63,367 nucleotides of DNA, filler included, from Conidiobolus incongruus B7586 (GCA_000697335.1; 23 parts of 23 records of this genome joined end to end with filler, not necessarily neighbours in it); one strand, 5' to 3'. Shown: positions 1 through 13,187, numbered from the whole stretch's first letter. The notes: generated by a model not told the origin, from the sequence alone. Numbers and translations: made by a program.

Positions 1-1513
1 CAATAACTCTCTTAATTTTTAATTAAATTTATTTAAATTAAAATATATAATAAATTTATATTATTTAGTTATAATTCAATATATTTAATTTATTAATATT
101 AACTTTTAATTAATATAATAAAATTTATATTTTATTTCAGATAAGTCATAAATTTGTGTATTTTGGTTATGGAAAGAAAATTGAAACTTAGTATATCTAT
201 CATTTACTTTTTTAATTTTCTTAAGTTTATAAGGTATAGAGTTAACTAACTTTTTATATTAATAAGGATTAATTTTTTTCTAAGTTTTTTGAATATATTC
301 CTAAAGCTTATTTAAATTCTTTATTAGTGGGAAAGCTTTTATTATTTTATTAACTGATCCTAAAGGTATTTAATTGGATTAAAGTTAAAAAATTAAAGCA
401 ACCACTTTATAACTATTATTTTATTATTTTAAAACCATTTAATAATAGAAATAATAATATAACAAAAGGTATTATCTTGTTGGAAAACAACATCTGATTT
501 ATTTAACCTATATTATTTAATAATTTTTTTAATTTATTATCTAAAATATTTTAATATATCTTAATATTAATTCTTTTATTAATTTTACAAAGATATTTTA
601 TACAACAAAATAGCATATATTCCTAAACTATAATTGACATATTATTATATTTTTGGGTTAAAATAACATAATGGTTATAAAGTAGTTCTTTGTCTTTTTT
701 GAAATATCTAGCTTTTTTATTAGATATACTAAAGTATATTTTTGTTTCATTGGACTAAATAACTTTATTCTAATTAATATCAGTTTAATTTTAATAATGA
801 CATTTAAATTTTTGTTTAACTTTACAATGGTATTTTTTTAGTTAGGGGTATTTTTCCTTAAAGCTTAAATAATATCTATTATAGCATAAAATATATATAT
901 AATAATATTAGTATCAATTAATATTCCTATATAGTTTTGTAAATTTTCTATACTTTTACAATAATATTACACTTACCTATATTAACTAAATTATAAATAT
1001 ATCTTTTATCATATTTATTTATAATCCTTATATACTTAAGTTTAAGTTTAGATATACCTTTACTACAATTTTTAATAGCTTTAACTATAATAAACTAGCT
1101 AATATTAATAATTCCAGCAATCTCATGAATTGATTTATCTTTATTATAAAGTTGATTAATATATAAGTGAATCTTTTTATAGAAGGAATTAAGTATTTTA
1201 ATATTAATTTATTTATATAATAGTATTAATATTTATTTATATATAATTTAATAAAAAAAGGATTTAAGTAATTTTTGTTTTATATATCCCTTTAACTTAT
1301 AAACCTACAAATCTATAACTCATCCTATTTAAAGTTTAAGATTTAATATATTAATCAGAAATCTATTAAATATAATTAAATATAACCTATTATAATCAAG
1401 TAATATACCTTAATTATATACTTTAATTTATATTAATTTAATTAAGAATTTTTTGAGTTATAAATGAATATATAAGTTATTTATATTTAATGACTCGTTT
1501 TTGTAAGCTAGTG
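1..1513 (-). mobile_element. Tc1-like (DD34E) DNA transposon relic, family A copy 1, truncated by window start, hypermutated
   Basis: The minus strand reads AAA GTT ATT TAG TCC AAT GAA ACA (ancestral KVIWSDET, ~742-766) and GTT TTC CAA CAA GAT AAT ACC ... AAT CCA ATT AAA TAC CTT TAG GAT CAG (VFQQDNA...NPIEHLWDQ, ~354-488). The D codon (474-476) and the E-position codon (369-371) have 34 codons between them. The element ends in TIR ...GTAAGCTAGTG followed by TA at 1514-1515. Confidence 0.9.
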
Positions 1514-4500
1514 TATATTATTTTAATTAATTAAGTAATTGGTTTTTTTAAATCAATAATATTATATTGTTAATATTGATTTATTAATAAACTTTATTTT
1601 ATTTTTTGTTATTATTTTATAATTATAATTTATGACTATTATTTTCTAAAATTCAGAATAATTTTTAATAATATGTTATAATATATTAATAATATTTATT
1701 ATATAATTTAAAATCAAGATATATTAGTTTATATTTTGATTTTTAAATAAAATTACTATTCAACAAAATATATATTATTAATCTTAATTTAAATTTCTTT
1801 TTGTTAGATATAATATTAAATTCTAAAATTAATATAAAACTTTTTATTTAAAAGTTTTAAAAAGTTATTATAAACTATATAAATATTAAAAATTAATTGT
1901 TCAGTCTATAATAGTAAGTTTTAATACTATAGTAATAAAATCTATATTGATAAAGTCATTATTTTATAATTATATATTATAATTTAAATACTGTAAAAGT
2001 TTATTTATAAAATTCATTTAAATAAAGATTAAAATTTTTAAAGTCATATTGGTTAACAACAAATCATATTTAATCAAATAATTTATATAAACTTATGAAT
2101 ATATTTTCCAAAATTTTATAAAATAATAGTCTTAAATAAATCTTTATAGCTTTCATTATTATATATTTTTTCCAAACTAATTCTATTAATATTTATATAA
2201 TTTTTTTAATATAATTGCAATCAGTCAAGTTCCCAATAATTTAATACTATCAATAGAATCATTCTAAGCCACATTTGAATAAGCCTGTTATTTATACCGG
2301 TTTGGCATTTTGTAACAGAACTTTCGTGATGAATAATATTCGTAGAAAATTTTACATCTTTTGCAAGAGTATTTTTTTCATTATAGGAGATTTAATGAAA
2401 TCTTAAATATTTTAAATAAAAAAGTTGGCTTTATTTAAAGATCTTTTTGATACTACGCTATCTCCTTGATTTTTAACTGGAATGTTTATTTCCATAGAAA
2501 TAGTCAACTAATGCACCAATAGGTATAATATCCATCTGAATTTTTTACTTTTTGAACCTATATTTGTCCCGATGTTATATACTCTCTTGTATTTCAATTC
2601 TGTTACCATAATTTCCAATTATGAAATAAATATTCGTGAAAGCCTGATTTAATAATATAAAGCTATATTTTCTAAAAATTCAGAATTTACTAACTCAATA
2701 AGATTTGTTTGTAAAATATAAATAATTTAAAAATTATTGTACTCAATATAATTAATTGGATATATGATTTTGATTAGGTATAAAATTATTAAGATTTTCC
2801 AAAAAATTTTACACCATTACTCTTATTTGATTGGTTACAAATATAACCCAATCTTTCTTCATCAATTAATCTGAACAAATTCCGAAAGCTAACCACGTTT
2901 AAGAATTAATTTCAATTTTAACATAACTTTCAAAATATATATCAAGCTAATTTAAATTAATAATCTAAGATATTAATGATTTATTTCAAAATATAAATAG
3001 TAATTAAATATATCAGAACAGTATATTTTAATATATAATCTATTATATTTAATAGTTAGAATTATTATTCTTAAAATATTGAGATAATTATAGTTAAATA
3101 ACAAACTCTAAATTAAAAATATATTTTAAATTAAATAAAATGATATATATTTTGATAGTTGAAGGTTTAATGTTTTCAAAATATATCTTGAAAAATATAT
3201 GAATAGAAGATACTATAAATATAATAGTTATTAATAGTATTCTTTTCTAACATGAAAAATAAAATAATACTAATTAACATCAATAGTGTTAATCAATAAT
3301 AAGGTTGTATATTTTAAAACTATTCCTAATTGACAGAAATTATTAATCAAGTATATCTTAAAATGATATACTTTCATCAATTCATAATTATTTTACTTAC
3401 TCTAACTACTAGTTCTAATTTTGCTATATAGCATTATATATAATTTATTATTAATAGATTAATTATGATTTCTTATTGAAAAATTTTCAATTAAAGGCAT
3501 TTCAAATATTTTATATATAAAGTTCATCAACTCTTAAACTTATGATTATAAATTGTAATCATAGATACATACTAATGCAATTTAAAAAATTTTTGTTTGA
3601 TGTTATTTACAAAAAGGTTTATCAATTAGCTATATAACTGTCATTCACCAATTTTGAAATCAATTAACAATTGATTTCAAGTTAAAAACATTCTATATAA
3701 GATATTCCAATAATAATATACAGTTAAAATCCTTTAATTCGGGATTGTTTAATTAATTTCAACTATTAATATATAACATAAAATTCTGATAAAGTAGCTC
3801 TAAATTAAGTATTGGTATCGCATCATAAAGTTTATACATTTTGTTCAGAATATTCTCTAAAAATTAGAACGAAATTCATGTAAACAATATTGATATATAA
3901 GATGAAATGAATTCGTTAATATGAGCAAATTACTTTATTATAGGATTATTCCATGTATATAATTATGTTTTTAAAATTATAGTAAATAATTATATTACTG
4001 TGAAAGCAATTTATAATTTGTTCAGGAGGAAAATAACCATGCATATTTTTTCAACTATATTTAAATTCTGATATGTATGTGTCAAAGCTGACAAATCGGC
4101 ATTTTAAAAAAATTGCAAATAAATTATAATAAACAAAAAATAGGTGACCACTTATTTATCTTTGAATTACTGCTTTAGTGAAGTTATTCATGAATATTAG
4201 CAAGGTATTTGGATGTACCATTTTTAAGATAAATCATTTTAAAACCCAAATCATTTTGAATTTGTATACATATGTCTTATAACCAAATACAAAAAATAAT
4301 CCTTTTATAAAAAAATATTGTGTTTCTAGTTTGTAAGTTAATTGATTATAGATCATATGGATAAACTAAGATTATAACCATACAAAAACTATCGTTTGAT
4401 TGAAAGTAAATATAAATATGCAATCTAAAAATATTATATATTCTCTATATTTAGTTAAATTTAAAACGTGATTAATTTGGATAAGATTAAAACATGAGAA

Positions 4501-5220
4501 AAATCAAAATATGAACTTATTTTAATTTATCAATATATAATTTTAAGCTATATGTATTACTGTTTTTATCAAGAAATATATATCAATTTACAATATATAT
4601 CAATCTTTCATTCTAATCTATAGATTCTCAGATCAAATCACTCACCTAATTATTCTATTACATTAATAACTAGCTCATAATGGTCAAAATTGTAAATTTT
4701 AATATTGCATTCAAATGATAATAAACTGGGCAAATTTAATTATCACAATTTATTAACTGGCAAAACGTTGAACCGGGTAATCGCTGATTGATGACATTTA
4801 TAGATAATTTATTATATTAACATTATATTCAAAATACCTTAATAATTACAATTTAAATAATAAATTTGAAATAATTATCAAATTTTAATATATTGAATCA
4901 TTATTAAATAAAATAAAAGATTAAAAAACTATAAATTTAATGAATTATTTTGAAATTAATTTATATATAAATGAATAGTGAGATTAACTGAAGTTTATTA
5001 TGTACTCCTTAATAATATCTTAATAATCTTTCCATCAAATCAAATATTTATCCATAACAGTCAACTTTTAAATTTATTTACCAAATTTGGTAAATTAATC
5101 AGAACAGATATGGATTCAAATTATCTAATTTGTATTGCTAAGTATTTCAGAACAAACGCAAATGACTTAGATTTATCGTAATTAATATCCAAATTATATT
5201 ATTTTGGATAAATAACGTAG

Positions 5221-5228
5221 TATAAATA
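5221..5228 (+). promoter_or_regulatory. Putative TATA box of MFS gene
   Basis: TATAAATA lies 57 nt upstream of the ATG. Similar ~60-nt TATA-to-ATG spacing occurs at three other genes in the window. Weak on its own in AT-rich DNA. Confidence 0.4.
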
Positions 5229-5277
5229 CTTGGAAAAATCCGTTAAAATTTTAATTATTGAATAAAGAATAATTGAA

Positions 5278-6600
5278 ATGGATGTTGAAAAGCAGGTGCA
5301 GAGCAATGATAATATATGTGTCCAGACTAACGAGAGGCAGCAGGATTTATTAAATCAGATGGAACCTGTGGATAAACCTCAATGCTTTGGCAAGTTGGAT
5401 TCTGGAAGATCATGGTTAATAGCAATAGCTGGATTCACTATTAATTTTATGGTTTTTGGGTCGGCTTCAATATTCGGTGTATACTTGAACCATTATACAA
5501 ATTATGAATTTAGTAGTGAGCCAAAATCAACACTGTCTTTGGTAGGAGGCCTCGGGCCTGCTATTTTCGCATTATGCTGTCTTCCCTCTGGTATTATAGC
5601 AGGTAAAATTGGTCACAGAGTCACAATATTCATTTCTGCTGTTGTGTTTGGTATTGGATTGGTTATTGCTTCATTTGCAACTCAAGTGTGGCACCTATTC
5701 ATAGGGCAAGCACTGTTCATTGGATTTGCCATAAGCTTGTGTTTCATTCCTACTGTCAGTATCATCCCACAGTGGTTCGAAAGACATCGAGGCATTGCAC
5801 TTGGCATTTCAGCTGCTGGTTCAGGTATTGGCGGTCTTGTACTTGCTCCCTTAATTCAAGCCATTATTGATTCGATCGGAATCAGGTGGGCACTTCGTGT
5901 TAATGCCATTTTAGGTGTTGTGGGTCTGATTGCATGTGGATTTATTGTTAAGCCTAGAGTTCATACACAGCCTCAGAAAAAATTGATTGATTTAAAAGTT
6001 ATACTTGATAAAAAATTTATCATGATGTGGTTCATGGCCTTTTGTTCGTGCTTTGGATACTGGACACCATTTTTTTTAATTCCTTTATATTGTAAATATT
6101 ATGGTATATCTGCATCCACTTCAAGTTTAATAGTAGGTTTAATGAATGGAGGATCAGCTGTTGGACGTATTGCTATGGGACAGATCACCAATTATATTGG
6201 TAGTATCAACACGTTATTCTTATGTCACTTTGTAGTAAGTTTGTCATTTGTAATCATATGGCACTTTGCAACTGTAACTTGGTCATTGATTATATTCTCG
6301 ATTATATTTGGATTTTTCTCAGGTGCTTTCTTCACTCTTGCAGCTCTAATTGCCCCTCAATTATTTGGGATTCAAAAATTAGCTCAAGTTAACGGTCCTT
6401 TTTACACTGCATGCTCGCCAGGGTTTTTGGCCGGTACCCTGATTTCTACAGCCATTGTAAATGCTTCGACTAGCTTGGATGGCACTTATATTGATTACTT
6501 ACCAATGCAACTCTATCTATTCGGTTGCTATATGTTATCCTGTTTGTTTGTTATCCTGTTAAAATTTCAACTAACTAAAAATCTATTTGCAAAATTATGA
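5278..6600 (+). CDS. MFS transporter, monocarboxylate porter (Mch/MCT-like) family, 440 aa, intronless
   Basis: About 12 hydrophobic segments. Family motifs include D-S-G-R-S-W before TM1, IPQWFERHRGIALGISAAGSGIGG and NGGSAVGRIAMG. Confidence 0.92.
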   Translation: MDVEKQVQSNDNICVQTNERQQDLLNQMEPVDKPQCFGKLDSGRSWLIAIAGFTINFMVFGSASIFGVYLNHYTNYEFSSEPKSTLSLVGGLGPAIFALCCLPSGIIAGKIGHRVTIFISAVVFGIGLVIASFATQVWHLFIGQALFIGFAISLCFIPTVSIIPQWFERHRGIALGISAAGSGIGGLVLAPLIQAIIDSIGIRWALRVNAILGVVGLIACGFIVKPRVHTQPQKKLIDLKVILDKKFIMMWFMAFCSCFGYWTPFFLIPLYCKYYGISASTSSLIVGLMNGGSAVGRIAMGQITNYIGSINTLFLCHFVVSLSFVIIWHFATVTWSLIIFSIIFGFFSGAFFTLAALIAPQLFGIQKLAQVNGPFYTACSPGFLAGTLISTAIVNASTSLDGTYIDYLPMQLYLFGCYMLSCLFVILLKFQLTKNLFAKL

Positions 6601-8302
6601 TTCACATTAAACAATCAAAGCAATATTTATATCAGAATAAAATCAATCTATTTATTGAAACTAAAAAAATTAAATCAACAAACTTATTCATACTTCAATG
6701 CATCATATTTTACAATTTTATCATATCAATTTCTTTATATAATCCAATGTTTATAGTGTATTTGTTTATATCTTTTCAATTAATCAAATTTGATCAATAA
6801 TCCATATTCAACTGATCAGAATTTAACTCCTATATTCCTCCAATACTTAAATTTCATTAATTATATTAAATTGATACCATTTGAGGAATAAAGTGATTTG
6901 TATTAGTAATCAAAAACATTAATGTTTTATTTTGGAATTTTAGAGGATGTATAAAATAATCTTGCATAATTTAAAAACAATTTCCAAATCATCAAAATTG
7001 TTCAAATATTAGAATAATACTAAATAAAGTATATCAATATTATATTTTAATGAGATTTAAATAGAAATAAGGTCTCTTGAGGTATTGTAGTAATATATAA
7101 TCATTAAACAAATATAATAAATCATAATATTTTAGGTTTCTGTTTGTAAAATGAATGCCATAATTAATATTTTTTAATATGGCTAAGATCATTTACGGAA
7201 TATGTTTAATTTTAAAAAACTCAAAATTTTAATTAATTGAACAAAGTTCAATAAAACATTTGATAGATTAAGCATTAATTTTTCTAAATCTCAATTTACT
7301 CCAATCATTATGTAATTAATAATATTTGAAAAAAAACTGAATTATCATTTTGAATTTGAAATAGCATATATATATATAAGTATTTTAAATAGATTCAGAA
7401 AAGTTTTCGAATATGATAGTATAAGTATAAACGATCAATTTAAATAATATTTTGATATTTTCATTAATCAAGGCACTAAAATGATGTTATTATCCGTTGA
7501 AAAATTGGAATAATAATCCCTGCCATTTTAAATCATATTTCTTATCAATTATTTTACTTCAAAGATATTTCATTAACTATTTTTTTTTCATTTTGTTAGA
7601 GATCATTTATTTTGCTTTGTATAATAAAATCTTTAATGAATATTATTTCAAATTATGTTTGAAATGAATTAAGCTTGAGAATAATTCAATGTATTCGAAT
7701 TAAATGAATCAATATTATTATTTGAATGAAATATCAATTGACCTTTATAAGTATTAGTAACAGATTCAAACCAATTACTTAATTATATTCAAAACAAAAT
7801 ATTACCTTATAACTCAACTAAACAATATCATAAATATTTTTATTTTATATTATAAATTAATAACTTATAAAATTAAAATCATTGAATAAATGAAATTTTT
7901 GTTTATATAAATTAACAGCCATATTTCCATATCTATTATAATATTAGATAATTATATTAAAATTATCTATCATTTTATATATAATTAATAGGCAAAAAAT
8001 ATTATAATTAATGATAATAATTACTTTAATCATATATAATTTAATATTTGATAATTATTAATTAATTAATTAAATTATAAGGTATAAATTTATCATTGAT
8101 ATTAAATGAATTTAAATTTTATTATTTATTAATAAGAAATTTTTCAATAATAATATTAAAATCATTATTCTTCAATATTCCTATATTTAACTATAACTAA
8201 AATTGGATATTTTCTATAGATAAAAAAATTGCTTTTATTAGTTTTAAACCTTTATAAATTTGTTATGATTTAATATAAAATAATTTTTTTATTTGAAATT
8301 AA

Positions 8303-8402
8303 NNNNNNNNNNNNNNNNNNNNNNNNNNNNNNNNNNNNNNNNNNNNTTAATTAATTAANNNNNNNNNNNNNNNNNNNNNNNNNNNNNNNNNNNNNNNNNN
8401 NN
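8303..8402. other. Artificial assembly spacer N44-TTAATTAATTAA-N44 (first of 22)
   Basis: Identical 100-nt spacers start at 8303, 11507, 13890, 21185, 25390, 30961, 32628, 38092, 39555, 40984, 42141, 43447, 44823, 46746, 48027, 50190, 51868, 53114, 54997, 58799, 60215 and 62115. The 12-mer provides stops in all six frames. Confidence 0.97.
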
Positions 8403-8534
8403 CAAAAATTATTTATTTTTTTTCTTTTATTAAATTATATATATTATTATATTTATATTATTATTTTAAATTATTATTTTATATAATATTAATATTAAAA
8501 TACTTAAATCCCTTTTTAAAAAAATTTACATATA
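8403..8534 (+). mobile_element. Tc1 family A fragment (5' leader plus first transposase codons), interrupted by the next copy
   Basis: Matches the reverse complement of ~39285-39420 (TTATTTTRAATTATTATTTT...AAAATAYTTAAATMCCTTTTTAAAAA). It stops at a TA where a degenerate TIR begins. Confidence 0.65.
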
Positions 8535-11506
8535 TATTAACTGATAAAAATAAGTTATAAAACCAAAATTACTTATATATTATCTATATCTTAAATATTA
8601 TTTAATTAAATGAATTTAAACTAAAATATATAATTTACATATATTAATTGACTATAATTAACTTTATTTGATTATATTTTTTTAACTACTGGTTAATATA
8701 TCAAAACTTAGAATTTAGCCAAAATAGCTTATAAATTTGTGGGTTTATAAGTTAAAAGGATATAAATAATAAAACTTATATATACTAGCTTGCAAAAGTA
8801 AGTTATAAAATTAAAAATATAAATATATCTATTAATATCTTGATCAATTCTAATTCAAATAAATTTATATTAAACTATGTAATTAATATATATTTTTTAT
8901 TTATAATATAATTTATAAAGGTAAATTTAATTAATTATTAATTGATATATTAAAACTAATAGTATACTTAAAATAAGTTATAAATTTGTGGGTTTTAGTA
9001 TTGATAGAAAAATTAATATCTAGTATATCTATTTTTTGCTTTTCTAACTTATTTAACGTTATAAAGCATAGAGTCAATTAACTTTTTATATTAAGTAAAA
9101 CTAATATTACTCCAAGCTTCTTAAATATACTTTTAAAGTTAATTTTAATTTTTTTCTAAAGGGAAACTTTAATTGATTTTTTTAGTTGATTCTAAAAATG
9201 TTTTATTGGGTTAAGATTAAGAGATTAAGGAGGCTATTTTATAATAGTTATTTTATTACTTTTAAGCCATTTAATAATAGAATTTATAGTATAACAAAGG
9301 GTATTATCTTGTTAGAGTATAATATTTAACTTATTTAACCTATATCACTCAATAGTTTTTTTCAATTTATTATTTAGAATACTTTAATATATCTCAGTAT
9401 TAATTCCCCCATCAACCTTATAAAGATATTATATACCTAAAGATAATATTTATCCATAAACTATAATTAACCTACTATTGTATTTTTAGGTTATAATAAC
9501 ATAATAGTAATAAAGTATTTTTTTATCTTTTTTGAAATATCTAGCTTTTTTATTATATCTATTAAAATATATCTTTGTTTCATTAGATTAAATAACTTTA
9601 CTCTAGTTAGTTTTAATTCAACTTTAGTATTAGTATTTAAACTCCTACTTAACTTTATAATAAGATTTCTTTAGTTGGTGGTGTTTTTTCTTAAAATATA
9701 AGCAATATCTATTCTAATATAGAACATATATAATAGTATTAGTACTAACTGATATTCTTATATAGTCTTATAATTTTTGTTGTACTTTTATAGTAATATT
9801 ACATTTACTTATATTAACTAATCTATAAATATACTTTTTATCATACTTATCTATAATTTTAATATACTTAAGTTTTAGTTTAGGTGTTTCTTTAGCATTA
9901 TTCTTAATAACCCTAGTTATAGTAGATTAGTTAACACTAGTAATTCTAACAATCTCACAAGTTGATTTATTTTTATTATAAAGTTAATTGATATATAAAT
10001 GAATTTTTTTAGAGAGAGATTTAAGCATTATAATATTAATTTTAAAATATTAGCTTAATAGTTTTATAATATATATAATATAACAAGAGAAAAAGAAGAT
10101 ATATATAAGTTTTGTTATTTATACCCTTTTAATATATAAACCTATAATTTTATAACTCACCTTGGTTAAATTTTAGGTATTAATATATTAACCAATAGTT
10201 AATAAAATATAATCAAATATAATTAGTTATAATTAACAAATATAGATAAATTATATATTTTAATTTAAATTTATTTAATTAAGAATTGTTTAAGATATAA
10301 TAAATATATAAGTAATTTTGTTTTTATAACTTACTTTTGAAGGCTAGAGTATATTTATTTCTTATATTATATATAATATAACACTATTATGTTAATATTT
10401 TAAAATTAATATTATAATGCTTAAATCTTTCTTTAAAAAAGTTCATTTATATATTAATTAACTTCTTAATAGAAAAAATCAACTTATGAGATTATTAGAA
10501 TTATTAATATTAGCTAATTTATTATAACTATGGTTATTAAGAAAAATATTTAAAAAACACTTAAATTAAAACTTAAATATATTAAAATTATAGATAAATA
10601 TAATAAAAAATATATTTATAAGTTAATTAATATAGGTAAATATAATATTATTTTAACAATATAATAAGAATTATAAAGCTATATAAGAATAATAATTAGT
10701 TTCAATACTATTATATATACTTTATATTAAAATATATAATACTTATATTTAAAAAAAACACCCTTACCTAAGGAAGTTTTATTATAAAGTTAAGTAAAAA
10801 TTTAAATATCACCATTAAAGTTAAATTAAAATTAATTAAAATAAAGTTATTTAATCTAATAAAATAAAAATATATCTTAATAAAAGATCTAAATATTTAA
10901 AAAAAGATAAAGAATTTTTTTATAATTATTATGCTATTATAATCCAAAAATACAATAATAGGTTAATTATAATTTAACGATATATATTATTTTTAGATAT
11001 AAGATATATTTTTAAGATTAATAAGGGAATTAATAATAAAAAATATTAAAATATTTTAAAAAATAAATGAAGAAAATATTTAATAATATAAGTTAAATAA
11101 ATCAAATATTATTTTTTAACAAAATAATACCTTTTATTATAATATAAATTTTATTATTAAATAGATTAAAACTAATAAAATAATTATTATAAAATAACTC
11201 TTAATTTTTTCATCTTAACCTAATTAAATATCTTTAAGATTAGTTAAAGAAATTAATTAAAGCTTTTCCCCTAATAAAAAATTTAAACCAACTTTAAGAG
11301 TATATTTAAGAAATTTAATATAATATTAATTTTGTTTGATAAAAGAAACTAGTTAATTATATACCCTATAAACTTAAAGATATTAAAATAATAAAAGATA
11401 GATATATTAGATTTTAATTTTTCTATCAATACTAAAACCCACAAATCTATAATATATTTTAAATATACTTATAATTTTAATTTATCAATTAATAATTAAT
11501 TAAATT
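8535..11506 (+). mobile_element. Tc1 family A copy, plus strand, interrupted at 8781/10351 by a nested minus-strand copy; right end lost in gap
   Basis: The left IR and leader at 8535-8780 are collinear with 53466-53720. The sequence resumes at ~10352 with the transposase relic (ATG CTT AAA TCT at ~10417; TTT TAA CAA AAT AAT ACC = FQQDNA at ~11114). Confidence 0.82.
8783..10349 (-). mobile_element. Tc1 family A full-length copy (~1.57 kb), hypermutated
   Basis: Both TIRs are present (TA-TACTAGCTTGCAAAAGTAAGTTATAAAA ... TTTTTATAACTTACTTTTGAAGGCTAGAG-TA) with a TA target duplication. The internal transposase relic is collinear with copy 1. Confidence 0.9.
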
Positions 11507-12839
11507 NNNNNNNNNNNNNNNNNNNNNNNNNNNNNNNNNNNNNNNNNNNNTTAATTAATTAANNNNNNNNNNNNNNNNNNNNNNNNNNNNNNNNNNNNNN
11601 NNNNNNAATATATATTTATAAATCAAAATTATATTTTAAGTTAATATTCAATATTATTGATTAATATAAATATCAACTTCAATTTTGACTTTATTTTTAA
11701 TTTTATAAAATATCTATAATTTTTAGAAAATATAATTAATTATAAATTTAAAACCTTATTAAAATAAAAATAAGGTTGATTTCAATAAGATAAATATAAT
11801 TACAATAGAATTATTTTTAAAAATACTTAGAATAAACTCAATAGAGAATAATTTTATTATATTTAATGAGCTTTTAGATTTGTTTAATATTTAAAAAACT
11901 TATTATATTTTATATTTTTTAAATTTACTTATGTTTATTTGATTAATATTAATAATATTTAATTATTTTTAACTAGTGTAAATCAAAGATGGCATTTTCT
12001 TATATAATTTTGATTAAATTTTATTAATTCAAATTTTAAAAAAATTATAAAATATATTATAACCTGTCAATAAATTAATAAGGTAAAAAGCTATTTCTAT
12101 AATTATAATGCATATTTATGAAATAATTATATTTAATAAATTTAAGATTTGATTAGTTGAATGTAATTTAATTAAATCATATGAATAAAATTTACATATA
12201 AAAAATTTATAATGATAATTAATGTTATATTTTTAGATTTTTCAAGAATGTTACATTTCCAATGTATTAATTTAATTGTTTGGAAATAATTAAACCTTTT
12301 TACCAAAGTTTGAAAATATAATTATTTAAGTAGATAATTCAAGTGATAATCGAATAAATATTACTAGGAGCATTTCACACAGAATTAAAACAATTTCGTA
12401 TTCAAAGTCTAACTTTTAATACAATATTAATAGGATTGATATAGTTTCTATTCATATATTATCGAGTACCTAATTTACAATTAAATCGTCTATAAATTTT
12501 GTTAAAGAAATAAGAATATTAAATATCTTTGACTGAATAATAGTTAGAAAAAATGGAGAAATAAGTGAATTTTATTGAAGAAAAACGAATGATACACAAA
12601 TTATAGTTTGTTAGAATCACATATTTTTATAAAAGAACAAATGATAAATTGCATGTGTAAAATGAATTCAAATTGTACTTGGATCTAAATGTATATCTAT
12701 TAATTTGAAGTTGACATAATACCCTCGTAATAAATAACTGGTTTTGGCTATTTTCAAATTATGAACATATTCCTGAATCAGAAGTTATATTTTAAATTCA
12801 ATCCAGTTGGTTAATTTATGCGTGGATTAACAATGTGGG

Positions 12840-12846
12840 TATAAAA
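12840..12846 (+). promoter_or_regulatory. Putative TATA box of small secreted protein gene
   Basis: GGG-TATAAAA-AGG lies 63 nt upstream of the ATG at 12903. Confidence 0.5.
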
Positions 12847-12902
12847 AGGCTATCAGTACTTAGCAATTTGATTAAACTCTGAGTTAATAAAATATTATAA
12901 TC

Positions 12903-13187
12903 ATGCAATTCTCTCTTGCCTCCATTTTATTGAGCGCTTTAGTTTTTAATGTCAACGCTCAAAGTCCCTGCTCCGCTAACTTCCAAATTGTTTACGAAGC
13001 TAATACTCTCTTACCCCATCCCAACTGCGTCAAGAGCTCTATTTTCGTTCACAATATCAATCGTACCTGTATCTACGAACATGGTGGTCAAACTATGTGC
13101 TCACTCTCAGCCTTCGGCACTGCTTTTGTAAATGGTACCAAGGAGAATGCCTACAGAGTCGCTGATATTTGTCAATGTCAAGAATAA
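12903..13187 (+). CDS. Small secreted cysteine-rich protein (94 aa, 6 Cys), unknown function
   Basis: Signal-peptide-like N-terminus (MQFSLASILLSALVFNVNA/Q), GC island relative to the flanks, C/T-ending codon bias, upstream TATA, and AATAAA at the stop codon. Confidence 0.85.
   Translation: MQFSLASILLSALVFNVNAQSPCSANFQIVYEANTLLPHPNCVKSSIFVHNINRTCIYEHGGQTMCSLSAFGTAFVNGTKENAYRVADICQCQE

Noticed and set aside
1..1513. Alternative genetic code (TAA/TAG read-through) to explain the stop-ridden transposases
   Set aside because: Stops replace both Gln and Trp codons, differ between copies and come with missense transitions. Genuine genes here end at TAA/TGA.
4978..5181. Short AT-rich ORFs (4978, 6597, 20184, 42375, 61497)
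   Set aside because: They have low-complexity I/N/K/F/Y composition, mostly non-ATG starts and no coding GC signature. The 61497 ORF lies inside a Tc1 relic.
5688..5870. Overlapping or antisense ORFs within real genes (5688, 12949, 18166, 19072, 19586, 23129, 23547, 23800, 27491, 27528, 34433, 34899)
   Set aside because: These are shadow frames of well-supported CDSs with no independent evidence.
8347..8358. Recurrent palindrome TTAATTAATTAA as a biological repeat or CRISPR-like array
   Set aside because: It is always centred in exactly 44+44 Ns, so it is an assembly linker.
11607..11980. Possible 3' end of another Tc1-like family ending in AACTAGTG-TA
   Set aside because: There is only a short TIR-like end and an ambiguous, frameshifted PDLNPIE-like trace, which is insufficient support.
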